A DNA stretch of 64,000 nt from Amphiscolops sp. MND2022 (taxonomy: Eukaryota). Both the position numbers and the translations under genes were made by a program. Under the pieces are notes generated by a model. That model saw only the letters and a program-made list of their open reading frames with translations, was not told the origin of the DNA and searched no databases. Shown here piece by piece: positions 12,701 through 27,700 of this stretch (position 1 is the stretch's first letter; each line of letters begins with the position of its first letter). The stretch covers positions 4,528,001-4,592,000 of the forward strand of contig OZ076409.1 of the NCBI GenBank assembly GCA_964187785.1. Direction: 5' to 3'.

Positions 12701-15700
12701 TTTATTTTGATCATGATTTTTTTGGTGTTCTTTGCCTGTAAATCTGTCGTTTTTTGTTTCAGACCTTGATAATTTCAACGAAATGAGAGTTTTAATGAGC
12801 CACCTATTATTTATTCTTAAAATCATATCTTGATGATTTTTATAGATTGATATATAAATTTTTATAGATTCAGAATGATCATCACTGTTTTACTCCGCTG
12901 TCATGCATTGTTTTCTAAAACTGAAAATATAAATCAGCAAAAGGTTTCGATCAAAAATTTTGAAGTTTTTTTGCTACTTTGATTTCCATTACTATTGTAG
13001 CTTTCTGATCGATTTTTGATAATTTATTCTTGAACGCTTGAAAAATTTCAAACTCAAAATTTTTCAAGTCAATACTTTTTGCATGTGATTGTGAAAGTTG
13101 ATTAATTGGATTAGTGAAGATTTGTTGAGTTGCATGTCATCATTAGTTTTCATTTCTCGCTAGTCTGATGTCACAGCCAGTTGAACACAATCCATGAGTC
13201 TACTTCAACTGGCCGACTGATCAACTGAACGAAAGCGCAACTGACCGACTGATTGAATGATGAAATTGAATTTGATTGGTTAATGGAAATACGAGACAGT
13301 TTCGGTAATTTCATCATCTTGTCGGAGAATTTGATTGGTTAATGGAAATACGAGACGGTTTCGGAAATTTCATAATCTTGTCGGAAAATAAACTACGTTC
13401 GAAAAACGCGTCGAAAAATTCCATATCAGCGATTATTTCAGGTTGTTATTTGAAGTGGTTAGCATATTTGTTGTATGGCTCGGTCGCTTCGCTCCCTTCG
13501 CCAAGTAGCAACATTGAGGCATGGCCGTATGGCACGTCGCTCCGCTTCGCTTCGCTCCTGCATTTAGGGCACTAGGAGTATGTGAACATATCTGACTACG
13601 TTATCGTAATTTTCTATTCACGCATTCGGCTAGTTGCACATTCTTCCAATTGAACAGTCGGCCAATTGCACGGTACCCACAATCCATGGTTTGTTGTCAT
13701 AATGACGTCATTGCGTTGTTTCATGGGTGGCGGGACAGTTGACTAGAAATATTTCTGCGTATTTACTAATATTTAGAAAAAGGGGGACTGTTCAATTCGT
13801 CGAACATTCAACTCGTCGAACATTCAATTCGTCGAACACGTATTAATTTAGCAAGCATGGTATGACTTAATGGAATGAATTGATTTCGGCCAATCAAATT
13901 CGAGCATTCAAAATTACGATAACGTAGTCAGCTATGTTCACATACTCCTAGTGTCCTAAATGCAGGAGCGAAGCGAAGCGGAGCGACGTGCCATATGGCC
14001 ATGCCTCAATGTTGCTACTTGGCGAAGGGAGCGAAGCGACCGAGCCATACAACAAATATGTTATTCGCCACAAAATATAACCAAATGAAAATAATCGCTG
14101 GTATGGAATTCTTTCGACGCATTGAATAGCTTTTCATTTTTCGACGATTTGAATGTTCGACGAATTGAAGTTGCACCAAGAAAAAGATAGAAAGCGAGCT
14201 ACTATTGACTTGATTTTGGCTATATTCAAAGCAGTGAATGCAAAATGTCATCATCATCTACTACTGATTGTATTCTTTGGTATACAGCTAACGAAGCCTA
14301 TCCTCAAAGATAGCGATGCTTCCAATGAGACTTACTGAGTTTCTTGCAAATTATAAAATTGATTTTTGAGAATGTGTTCAGACGCAAAGATTTGTTGATG
14401 ACGATTTTTCCCTGAAAATGAATGTGAAAAATAATTGAATAGATGTTTTTGCATTCTTTTGAAATTTTTGAAGTTGCAGAAATATTTCCTATATTTCAGT
14501 GAATAGGCTTCTGTCATGTATGCTATATTGTGTTCACATGGAGGGTTCTCTTACTATTATATGGACTGGACTTTTTATTAGATTTTCTCTTCTAGAGCAT
14601 GAAATATTCGATAGCCTGTTCTATATTTTAGTTGCTCTAGCCGGCAAAAATTCTGGCGGTGTTGCTGTGCACAGTCGAATTATGTAGTATCGAAAAATGT
14701 GCCAAGTTATCTAGGATCGAATCGTGACTTGATTTTATGTAGGATCGAAAGAGGTGAAAATTGCATTTATAATTTGTCATTGCTATAGTGCCCTGTGACT
14801 TCGATCCTAAATATTTCGACCAGAAAATTTCAGTTGCAATTTTCGATTCTAAATATTTCGACTCAGGAGAGGCAACACATTCTTGCAAATAGTAGCCAAA
14901 GATGTTGACTACAATAGCTCTACAGAAATACTTCAATAGCAGATAGTCCACCATACGATCATCGATAATAGTGTAACGAGCAAACACATACGTAACGGGT
15001 ATTCAAATGAATAACGCCTTCTTGTTGGCTGTTAATCGAACCGGCAAGATCTTACTATTTACAACCTTTAAATTGGGGAGCGGGACAAAACAGCCGATTT
15101 TAAACGGGACAAAACAGCCGATTTTCAAAATAGGACAAAACCGCCGATTGGTAAAAAATCGGCGATTTTGTCAATGCGTAAGATTAGCAGTCAATACATT
15201 TATTATTATAAAGTAGTCAGCTATGTTCACATACCCCTAGTGTCCTAAATACAGGAGCGAAGCGAAGCGGAGCGACGTGCCATATGTCCATGCCTCAATG
15301 TTGCTACTTGGCGAAGGGAGCGAAGCGACCGAGCCATACACAAATATGAACCTCTTCAAATAAATCAAGTTTCATGCATATTGGCTGTAACAGCACTCAT
15401 TTTGTTCCGTTTTGAAAATCGGCTGTTTTGTCTCGTTTTTTGTCCCGCATCCTTTAAATTGATTTAAATAGAGTTGATATTGGAGTTTTCTCATATTTTT
15501 CAGAAATACCTGATCGGAAATATCACGAACTTCAACTTGTTGACGCGTTTTCAATTTTTCTCAAAATTTGTCTGCTTAATTTCCTTCAAATAATTATGAT
15601 ACTTTTAATTTTTCAACATGTTCGGAATAATAACGATAAATTCTAAAGTATGAAAAGTTTGGATCTCACTCAAAAAACTTCTAATGAAATTTGTGATTTA

Positions 15701-18700
15701 TATAAGTTCATTATATAATAGCTTAAATTCGAGTTTAATGAACTTAATTTGATTGGAGAATCTTTGACCGAATTTATCTTTTCTTGCGGTAACAGCTTTC
15801 TTGAATCTTTTGCTGCTTGGCATGTATCATGGATGTCCATTTAATGTATTACCATCAAAAAACAGTTGGGCGACACTTCGTCTCAAATTTCGAAAAGCGA
15901 CAATTCGGCCCAAGCGGTAGGTTTTCCCAATTCGAAAAAGCGACAATTCGTCTCATTCTAAAAAAGCGCCAATTCGTCCCAAATTGTTTAATTGATCAGC
16001 TAAATCAGCTGAAGATTGAAATCGAAAAGTTGAACAAATAAACTACGAATGATGATATTTAAGCAACATTTTACATTACATTCTAGCCCTAATAATTGGA
16101 ATTGTTTGTACCTGCCTCTAAATGTAATATATCGGGATCAGGGCTGTCGGCGGTTATAAAAGACTGTAACCGGTTACAAGAACGGTCTAGAGATTTTCAA
16201 TGATAACAAAATTTTTTGCAATCAAAAACTTGATTTTTAATATTAACCCCAATTGACCTGGGCTTTTTTGAAATTTTCAAAACAATTGATTAAAAAATTT
16301 TAAATTATCAATATCTCCACAACTACGCGTACCAGAGAAACGAACTGAAGCGCGTTTGGAAGGTCTGGTATTGGGCTTTCATTTTGGTCAGGTGAGCCTC
16401 TGTCGCCGCGCGCCCCTTCCTTCAGAATTTTAGTCTATTTTTCCGGTACCGCCGCTTCGCGGCTCCTAATGCTTGTTCAAATCAATCTAGGTACCAATTA
16501 CTTGTTGAAAAAAAAACAGTGCTAGAGGAAATGGGCTTCTGGCAAAAAGAATCAGAATTTGGAAAAAAGATAGCCTGCTTTAAAGCACCACTAGGTTCAT
16601 TAGGGTTAAATGAGAGTGCTATGCAAATGAACAGAATATGAATAAACAGAAAAAATTGAAAACAATGATATACAACAAAATAGGCAAACTAATGACTTAT
16701 TTTTTCACTAAGGGTAAACGAGAAAATATGTGAGTGAGCGGAAAGTAACAGAAATGTATTTGATTTTCACTGCCATAATATATGGATTTTTCAACCGGTT
16801 ACTGACTTCATAACCGGTTAGCCGCCGACAGCCCTAATCGGAATACATTATTACAAAGGTGGTATTGTTTGGCATTTACATTGGGGTCGAATTACAGCTC
16901 TTGGATCTTGTTTGCTAATGCCCCCCAGCCTACTGCCAGAAAATTTATCTGTCCCCCAAATTTAAGCACAGAATATCCACCTACGCAGCAATAAATTATT
17001 GGCCATATTAAAATGTATTGCTCGCATGTTTGCACGATCTTTTGAAGAGAAAATAGTAGTCATGTCAGAAAGCATGAGTCAGCTTCGTTTCACACTTGTG
17101 TGAACAAGACAAAGCAATCATTGATTCGAAAAAGAAGTTTTTTTACTTATGCTGCATGAACAACCTGAGCCTCGAAAACATTTCGTCACTTCTGAAATAC
17201 TGGTGACCTCGTAAAATAGTTCAGTTCGAAATGATTACCGAAACAATAACTACCCATCAATTTTTACCCTGAAAATACAAAAACTTTTTTTGGGGGGTCA
17301 ATAAATTCGTTTGGGGCATTAGCAAACAAGATGCCAGCTTCCTTAACAATTGGGACGAATTGTCGCCTTTTCGAAATGGGACGAATTTCCGCTTGGGGCG
17401 AATGTGATAGCGTGGGTAAGTGGTAAGTGTGAATGAATTTCAGTGGCCCACCAGGCACAACTCAGTGGGGGCGGGCACGGCATGGACAGGTACAAGTCGG
17501 CGTCCCTGGAGAGTCTCACCCACCTGGGAGCCCCGGAACCCTCTCCGCCACCCACGTTGCACCCCCACCCTCAGTATCCACTCCATCACCACGTGACTGG
17601 GGGCCAACATCGCCCGGTGTATCCCCCCTACCACCAGGTGAGTGAGTATTGATTGGAGTAGTGGAAGAAGAAGTAAAGATTTTTAGTCGACGCTTATATT
17701 AATAAAAGAGTATTACAGGCACTCGTTTTTAGTCGGCGCTTCATGAAGTGAAACGCGACTATTATAGTGACTCTTTTTTAGGAGTCGGAAAAAATTTTCG
17801 ACTACTTATGCAATCGTGCTGTTTTTTTTCTCCCGACCTTTTCATGAAAATTTCAAATTTCTCAAAAACTGTCCATACGATTTTCACGAAATTTTGCACA
17901 GTCATTCTACACCCAAAGGGGCCCCTGCGTGTGCAAAGGCATCAAAATCGTATGGCCTGGATGTGAGAAACATAGCCAAAATTAGCCCAAAAATGGCCAA
18001 AAAACAGCCGTTTTTCGACTTTTTTCGATTTTCTCAAAAACTGTCCATACGATTCGAACGAAATTTTCTACAGTTATTCTACACCATATTAGAGTCCTAT
18101 ATGTGCAATGGCATCAAAATCGTATGGCTGGGATGTGAGAAACATAGCCAAAATTAGCCCAAAAATGGCCAAAAAACAGCCATTTTTCGACTTTTTTCGA
18201 TTTTCTCAAAAACTGTCCATACGATTCGAACGAAATTTTCTACAGTTATTCTACACCATATTAGAGTCCTATATGTGCAATGGCATCAAAATCGTATGGC
18301 TGGGATGTAAGAAACATAGCCAAAATTAGCCCAAAAATGGTCAAAAAAAGGGCCATTTTTCGACTTCAGAAGGAAAAGACCTAAGCCGACTCCTTTACCG
18401 CACATGCGGCTCTGGTTTTCTATCCACACGAACTGACCAAAATAGTCCTTAAAAGTTCTACCAAATATTATGGTGTCAAATTGCACCATTTGGCCTAGCA
18501 AACTGGACCAAAAAGGTTTTCCCTGTTTTTCCGCGTAACATACTATACCGGGCAACACCCTCTCAATTTTTTTCGGCACTGCGAGACATTTTTTTGCGGA
18601 AATTTTTTTCCCCAAAGGGTCCCCTGCATTTTTTTGATGTTTTGCGACAGAATGGATGTTGAAAAATCCCAAAGCCCCCCCCCCTTTCAGTTTTTCGGCA

Positions 18701-21700
18701 TTGTGAGACTATTTTAAAATTTTTTCCTCCCAAGGGTACCCCCTTCAATTTCTTTGATATTTGATAATTTGCAACAGAATATATGTTAGTTTTTTCAAAC
18801 TTTTTAAAACGCTTTCTGAGCCTTAGATATAGCGCCGACTTTAGACGTTCTCGTCTTGTTTTAATTAAAGACAGACTCGAATGCCATGAAATTTTTGTTG
18901 GATGAACTAAAATTATACCTGGTAAACGCTTCTTTATTGCAAACGGCCCCCTTTCATTTTTTACTTTTTAAACGTAACATACAAAACCGGACGAGACTAA
19001 AGGACACTGTAGCGCAAAAGAAGCTACGTAATATCCGAATTGGCGCCGATAGCGAAAACGACGATTGAAATTTGCGCTTATCTGATTGATCGGAAATTTT
19101 TGCTATTTTGGTAAACAAAAGTGTCCAACTTTTACAGTGGCATGTATCTAAATTTCCAAAAGTTGTCAAGAAATTACAGCCTTTTACAACTTAAATTCGC
19201 GGAGCCAAAGTTTTCCAAAAAGCGCCGCTTAAGCGTTAGGGGGCCTGTCATAAGCGCAACAAGCGATAAGCGCGTTTTTGGTGAAACATGGTTCACTGCC
19301 TTCAACACAAAAACTTCAAATTTCTTAGTCTGCGTGCTTACGGGAGGTCTTTTGGGAGATGTTAACTTGTAGTTTTGAGGTTTTTCGCCTGATATTAGGT
19401 TTTCTCAATAGATTTCCACCAATAGTTTTTTTAATACTATCCGAATTTTGGAGGTGGAGGCTCGAAAGTATTGCGCTATATCCGAATTCTGGACGTTATA
19501 TCAGAACTATATTGCGTTTCACTGAGAAGGAGGCAGAAGGTCAAAACAAGCGCTCCCATTGTCCCAGCACGCTATATCCGAACTTCTGGAGCGCTCTCCG
19601 TTCACGAAAGGCACCCTTTGGGTGTTTCAAATCTGTTTTCTGGATTTTTCATAAAAACGTCCTGGGTATATTTTAAAAACTTTGCGCTTTTTTATCCTTG
19701 GATATAGCGCCGACTCGTCTTGTTCTCGTCTTGTTTCTTCAGACTACAATCCTCACACTGATCGGTCCACTTTTCAGAAACAATCCTGAAACCACCTGAG
19801 CACCTGAGGCCAAGTCCGGCCAAGGGAGACTTAGTCCAAAGGGTCCCCCTTTCATTTTTTCACTTTTTCAAGGAAACCTACAAAACCGGACGTGCCTAAA
19901 GGGTCCCCGCTTTGGATTTTTTTTCGGCACTGTGCGACTTTTTTTCGAAAAAAAAATTAATGTCTCAAAAGGGTCCCCCTTCGAGTTTTTTCATATTTTG
20001 CAACTGAATGTATGTTAATAAATCCCAAAGGGTCCCCCTTTTACATTTTTTGGCCCTATATGCAATTATAATGGCTGCAACTCTTTTCCAGGTCCCTTCA
20101 CACGCAGTAGCCAGGGAAGAACGCAGGAGCAGAGGGTGCAGTGAAGAAGCTCCCCCGCCGGTGCAGCCTAGAAGGAACTCCAATGCAGATGCCCCGCCCA
20201 TTCCCGCCCGCAGAACCAAACCACCCCCTGTGAATTTCCACAATGTCGATGCCCCCCGCAGTCACAACCACACAGTGCAGTTTCAAGTCCAGCAGAGGGG
20301 CGTCGTGCCGCCGCCTAGTCCGAGCTATGAAGGTAACAACAAGCATCTAATAGTTCTTCATTTTATTACAGTAAAACTCGGATAAAAGAAACACGTATGG
20401 CGGTAGGAAAAGAGTTTCTCTTATCCTTAGTTTCTTTTATCAGTTGTCCTATCAACGTAGAAAGTCTGTCTTGCATAAAAATGGAGGAGTGAAGACGTTT
20501 CTTATTTCCAAATGTTTGTTTCATCCGAGTTCAACTGATTTTTGAGAAAGCAGGAATAATATAGAAACTGGAAGGAAATTTTCTTTCAGCCGAGTTTGTT
20601 CCCTAATCGAGTACCGTATTTTTCCGCCTGTAAGGCGCGGCTTATAAGTTTATTTTTGGGAAAAAAGTGCGGCTTGTAGGCGGGGGCAGCGTATACGATT
20701 ATTTTTATCGATTCAATGCGGCTTATAGGCGGGAAAATACTGTACCTGCTGAAAGAGATTCAGATATTTTGCTCGGCAGTAAGTATAAACTGGAGATTTA
20801 AATTTCTCAAGCTGCCGACGACAGTTAGTCTATTCAATTCTCTCGCGATTAAACGAGCGAGTGTTAATTATTCGCTCGTCAAGAGCTTCGTCTGCATTTA
20901 AATGCAAATGCGAATCTTCGTATACGCTTGCTAGTAATGTTTTCGTTAGTTTTCTCAAGAAGAATTAAAGGCGGTGTAAACTTGTAGGTGCCTATTCATA
21001 CAGCCGAATTTACAAAATAGGTCTCAAACAGCAGAATTCAAATTACTAGCTTTCAGTGCTGTTACAGCCAATATGTAAGCAACTTGATTTGAAGAGTTTC
21101 GCACATTTGTTGTATGGCTCGGTCGCTTCGCCCCCTTCGCCAAGTAGCAACATTGAGGCGTATGGCACGTCGCTCCGCTTCGCTTCGCTTCTGCATTTAG
21201 GGCAATAGGGTATTTGAACATAGCTGACTACGTCATAATAATAATTCCGACAAAATCTGACACGCCTTTTCAGTTTAGTGAATTCAATTCGATTTCAAAT
21301 TTCAGCCAATCAGATTGCAGCATAGAGAAATATTCTGCTGTTTGAGACCAATTTTTCACTTTCTGTTGTTTGGGATTTCGGCTGTTTGGGAATTCCCCAA
21401 CTGGTACAATGATTAATTGTGCGCTAAATAATGATTAAATAGGAGTGTATTGGTATTCCAGACATGATTCTATTATTAATGAAAGATTAAAGCAGAAATA
21501 GTAATGTGCCCCGGAGGGGCCTATTTTCCCAAATATGAAATTTGAGCGGAAAATAGTCAATCAACCGCCGTGTTGAAAGCACTGCCATAGTGAAGGCAAA
21601 TAATGAAATGAATGGATTTGGAATGAAGTTTTCATCATTTGTGCAATATTTTTGTTTCAGTTGGTAAACATGGGAGAAACAAGGAGAACGTTTTAGGCCA

Positions 21701-24700
21701 GAAATGGACCGACTCCCCGAATCTATCCTCAAAAGACAATAAGAAAAACAAAAGCAGTGGAGGGGGAATTTTCAGAGGACTCTTCAGGTGAGCGAATTAG
21801 TTTTAGCCATGAACTAACACTCAGATGTTAAAAACAGATGAAGATAGTTCACGGATTCTTCCGTTTTTTAGTCGGCGCTTTTCTCAAGAAAAGAGTCGAC
21901 TATAGTCATGGCTTTTCGGCAGTGTTTTTTAAGACCACCTGAAGTGACCAAAATAGTTCTACCAAAAGTTCTGTAAAACTTTGAGAAGACGCCAAATTGT
22001 ACCTGTTGGCCCAAGGATCTGAACCAAAAAGGTTTCCCGCGTAACGTACAATACCGGACGAGACCAAAGGGTCCCCCCTTTAGATTTTTTTTCGGCACTG
22101 TGCGACTTTTTAAAAAATTTTTTCATGAGAGGTTCCAAATTCACCAATACTTTGACATTTTGAGGTCCTCTTGCAGTTTTTGAGCCTTAGATATGGCGCC
22201 GACTTGTGCCGGTCCCGGCTTGTTAATCACTGGCCCTAGGACGAAATTCAGTCAATTTGAGGTGTCATCGATTTTGGGCTATAGGTAATGCCATCCTTTA
22301 ATTACGTAGATATTACTGGAAGGAAGCTGGTGATTATTAACGTCTGACTCTTCAAAGGCTGGGACCTTTGATTTGTATCCTGAGAAAAAAACTGGCCACC
22401 CTGATCGAGTGTATAATTTTATCATTCGATGAAATAACAAGCCGGGAACGGCCCAAGTCGGCGCCATATCTAAGGCTCAAAATTAGCAAAAGGACTTCAA
22501 ATTGTGTCGAAGTATTGCTGAATTGGGGACCCTTTGATGAAAAAATTTTGATTTTGAAAAAAAAGTCTCACAATGCCGAAAAAACTGAAAGGGGGGACTC
22601 TTTGGGATATTTCAACATCCATTCTGTCGGAAAATATCAAAAAATTGAAGGGGGTAACGTTTGGTGAATTTTTTTCGAAAAAGTCAGAGCCAAAAATACT
22701 CTAAGGGAGTACCCTTTGGCCCTGTTGAGTTTCTTAGATGATTTAAAGATACTACTTCGTAAGCTAAATAAGAATTTTGTAAGAAAAGTGGACCATTCAG
22801 AGTGAGGCTGAAAAAGAAGAAAAAAGTACCCACTGTAATAGCCGGGCTTTTTTCCTTGAGAGAAAAGGCGCCGACTATAAACTTTCTTTTTCAATCTATT
22901 CAAACTTTTTTTGCTGTCAGCCCCACGAGCGATTTGGACTCGCCCATCATGCGGCCCAGATCGCCCTCTTCCACTCAGAGGAGACTTAGACCCCCGCCCT
23001 CCGGCTCTGGTCTCCGGTTTGTTCTTGTTGCTGTTGTTTTGCATATTATGAATGACGTCACAGCCCCCGGGCAGACCAACCAACCACCCTCTCGCCATGA
23101 CCTTATGACGCATATAACCCCAAAGCAGAGTTTTGACATCGCTAATCACCGATTTGCCGAATTGGCGGCCGCGCAGGATTTTTTAAAAGTGATTTTATTA
23201 GCGATTCAAATTAGCGGCAACCAATAGAATGTCCTATTTCAAAATAAAATGCAGTATAAACGGAGTTTCAAAATGATATGCGAAAAATTTCAACTCTTGA
23301 TCTGTAAAATGCACACAGTATAAAAAAAGTCTAGTTTTTTATCACAAAAATTTTCAAGTTACTCTAAAATTAGTTTTTTTTAATGCAAAAATTGAATTAA
23401 GTTATTTTAAAATGTACTTGAAGTCAATTATCTAATAGTTTGTAGAAAAGGCTTTTCAGCGAAATTTAGCGATTTTGAAATTAGCGGTTTAGCGACCACA
23501 TACACTATACCCTTATGAAGCATATGCCCCCAAGTTGAAAATGTACTTGAAGTTGAAGTACGCCCAAACCCTTCGAAAACACTGGGGGGGGGTTGGGTTT
23601 GGTGTCATTCATAAGACTGTTGTTGTTTTGCTGTCACCCTATTACACTCAACTCCGCTTATAACGATTTTTAATCGTTATATCCGAATATCGTTATAGGC
23701 GAAAATCGTTCTATACTAGCATCGTGGCAGGGACCGTGAAACTGTACCGCTATAACCGGAATATCGTTATAAACGTAATCGTTATAAACGGAGTTGAGTG
23801 TATTCAAAAAACAATTTTCCCTGTCTCCATCTGTTGAGTCCTGATTGCGGCTTCAATCTCACCTCACATGATATGATCTTATCTGACATCTGAAATGAGA
23901 AATGACATCCGTGTGAGAGTTCATACAGAGTTGTATTCACAATATTGTATTCGATATCTTTTCTGGAATCATTTCGCAATGGTTCAAAAATTACATGTAC
24001 TTGATTCATGAAGATTTCTTATACATACTCGATTGTTCAAAACATAGATCAACTTCAATTCCATTCATTTGAAGCTTTCTCACTCGCGTTCATGGTCCTG
24101 ATTTTCTGCCTCGTGTTTGCTTCCTTTTGAGATTTTTAGGAGTCTGAAAAATTTTCTCCCGACCTTTCAATGAAAATATCAAATTTCTCAAAAACTTTCC
24201 ATACAATTGTTTAAAATTTAGCACAGTCATTCTACACCCAAATGTGTTTCCTGCACCGTGCGCAATGACATCAAAATCGTATGACTGAGATCTGAGAAAG
24301 ATAGCCAAAACTAGTCCAAAAATGACCAAATGACAAAGTACGGATTTGTTTTTCAAGATTTTAGTCCGTTTCCGACTCCTCTACCATACATGCGGATGGT
24401 GCCCAAAAATGAACATTTATTTATTCAACGTTGCTTCTTTCTGAGAACATGATTTTCATATTCTTACATGGGATTATTGTGTAGAGTCGAATTCTTTAGG
24501 TGAAATCGAAAGGAGAAATCTTCATGATTATTAGATTATACTCAAAGTGCCCTCAAATGCATTAGGGAAGCGGGGCGACGTGCCGCTACTTGACCAGCGG
24601 CAGAATTTGGCGAAGACCGATTCGGAAGGCTGAGTTATACAACCATTTTTGTTTCCTATAGTAATCTTGAAATAATAATTTTCTTTGAAATAATCTTAAA

Positions 24701-27700
24701 TAATTCGACTCTAAATAATTTAGTTTCATTTTTAGTCGGCGCATGCTAACAAAATTTTACAGTGGCAAGTTTTTTTTTCGTCAGACCACAGAATGAATGC
24801 GTAGTGGACACTTTTTACAGAACTATAAACTACTGGACCGGCAAACGTAAACGCATCTAAGTTAGCGCAAAGTTAGTAGTTGGTCCCTCTTTTCATGTAC
24901 TCAATTTTTAACGTAAGATACAAAACCGGGCGGGACTACAGGGTTCACCCTTTGAATTTTTTTCGGCACTGTGCGACTTTTCGAATTTTTTAAATGTCTC
25001 CAAAAGGTCCCCCCTTCAATTTTTTTTGATATTTTGCAATAAACTGGATTTTCAAAGTCGGAAGGGTCCCCCTTTTACAATTTTAAAAACTTTGCGCTTT
25101 TTGAGCCTTAGATATTGCGCCGACTTTAGACGTTCCCGTCTTGTTCGATTCTAAACCATACGACTCTGCAGAGACAATTCAGATTGAAACTGTCTTCTTG
25201 TGAAGGAGTGATTTTGGTTTATGTTTTTCAATTTTGAACTTTGGCGTTTGATTTTAGGGATTAGGGTACAGGTACGAATTAGTTTTGATCGGTTTGGTTT
25301 GTTTGGCAAGTTTGTTGAGTTGGCATTTTGATCATCGTGGTCTTTCTGCTCGATCAGGAAGTGCGTCTTTTTTTGCGTTCAGTTAGTGACGCCTGAATTT
25401 GTACTAGATGAACCAAAAAACGGAAGGAACGCACAAAATATTCATTCTTCAAAATCGTAATATTTGTAAACAAGAAGCTGAAAATCTTTCTTTTCCTCTG
25501 TCAATCATCCTCCCGTTACGTAATCAAATTGTCAACAAAGAATGATTCGAACTTACAGAAAAGTTTAGACGTCTTCACCACAGAAAAGTTTAGACGTCTT
25601 CACCAGTCATTTCGTTCACACTTTCGATGTGCGAAAGTTCATTTGCATCGAAGAAAAGTTGTCAAAGTGAACTGCAATGCTTAGAGTTGTTGTGAAACAT
25701 GTGTTGACAAATATTTGAAACTTTGAGAGCTCAAAAATTTTCATGCGTTCCGTTTTTTGGTTTGCATAGTGTGTTGCACGAAGCAAAATGCTTGTTTGAC
25801 GTGAAAATAGGGTAACTGAAAATTGCTGTTTGAATAATGACTATATGAATCATCAGCGCTTATTTGGAAAATTGTTCATTTCATAACGGGCAGTTTTTTC
25901 CAATTGTGGAACTTTACGTGTATGTATAATGTTGCTTCAAAAGATTTCGGAACTAAATTGATTTCGAAATCAAACAAATCCCCATCACATTTTTTGACTC
26001 GTAAAATGATATCAGATTGCTTTTATCTTTGGAAGTTATTCATTGTTCAGTCAAGTTTGTGAAATTGCTTTTCTTCAGACCAAATCACTTCCGGTTGGAA
26101 AACATGATTTTTGCAAAACGTTGTTCGTTTATTCAAAACAAGAAACTGTTCAAACTGTGACTCTTCATATAGGAAGATACGTTCCGCTGATTAGGTTTGT
26201 GGTCATTCTCGACTTGTTTTGTGACGTCACTACACTCAAACTTTTTTGTTTTTTTTTTGAAAGTTTTTTCGGCTCGATTCTTTCCTAAACAGTCAACTTT
26301 AGACAATCTTTTTATGTAGCCGGTGGGGTTTTTTCCCTGGGCCCATAACTTTACAAGGTTATCTGGCACGGGCCCCCGGGGTAAACTGGGGATTTAATTG
26401 AAAGAATCTCTTAAACATCATTGTTGGATAAATCAAAGTTATGATCATTTCATTCAAGTAATTGTTCTCGTAAATGCATAATATCAATGAAGACTTCTCT
26501 GTTAAATGCCCAGCCAAAAAGCGATCGTTATTCACAAACTTATCATGAAGTTTATCTCAATGAAACTTGAAAATGTAGCATCGAAACAAAATAATGAGTC
26601 AGAATTGAAACTTGAAAATCTCTCGTAAATGCATAATATCAATGAAGACTTCTCTGTTAAATGCCCAGCCAAAAAGCGATCGTTATTCACAAACTTATCA
26701 TGAAGTTTATCTCAATGAAACTTGAAAATGTAGCATCGAAACAAAATAATGAGTCAGAATTGAAACTCTGCAGGTTCAATCAGTTCGATGCTTCACTGCC
26801 CTCGCCTTTGTTTCTCTGTTGCTTGATCCCCTTTTAGTGCATATACCTGTTTCCCACATTTCCTGAATGTTAGCCATTAGATTGTGGTCCCCTCCTACAT
26901 GATTCTATTGTTCGTGATCCCATCTGTTCAACAGCCCATATATTTGAACAACTCATGGATAAATAGTTCGGAAACATTTCTTCACTCTTTGCTCATTTCA
27001 TTTCTCTTGATTGATCACGACATAAAAGTGTGGTCTTGAGCAGTGTATTGTACACGATAGACGATTAAATGAAAAATTATACCAAATCCGCAATGTTATA
27101 CGAATTACACATTATATGAAGATGCCATTATTACAAGAGTTATACGGAGCATCGCTTTTCAGACATTTTCCCATAACGGACTTGGAAGTTCTTGGAAATG
27201 ATGAATTTTTTAGGATGAATTCGAAATTGGAAAGCAGAATAAGATCTAAACCAATCAGAAGTCTCAAATTGACATGGATGGGGTGTTCTCCACCAATCAT
27301 AAAGCGTTAGATCTTATGCCATTAGATCTTATTCCTCTCTCCCATTCGAAACTAAATGCATCCGAAAGTGGTAATAGGCTATACGGGATTCGGAAAGGGT
27401 TTTTGCCATCTCCTTTTATGAAGCATTTAACACTTTCCGATAGAAAAATGATCCAAAAATTTGTTCTCCATGCCTTTATACGATATAAGAGGCCAATTAT
27501 ACGAATATACGATAAACGAAACCTTCGATTATACGATTACACGTTATGAGGAATTCAGTATACGACAATGCACTTAATTTGAGTTGAATGACGGTTGATT
27601 AGCAATTTTTGCATCTTTTCGGTTAATTCCAACTGCAATTGAAACTCGTAGCTCATTAGGGGGCATTAAAATCTTCGCGCTTACTTTGCGGGAAATTAAC

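Noticed and set aside
17748..18748. Clusters of 60-130 aa ORFs rich in K/F/G (also at 2535-3040, 21868-22147, 37888-38792, 52127-53544, 55491-56019)
   Set aside because: They are translations of non-coding Helentron-like repeats; the same peptides recur at each repeat copy.
23050..23130. Possible fifth TE-born intron at the MITE starting 23126
   Set aside because: No right TIR or TSD was found, and the TIR donor would be phase 1, incompatible with the next exon.
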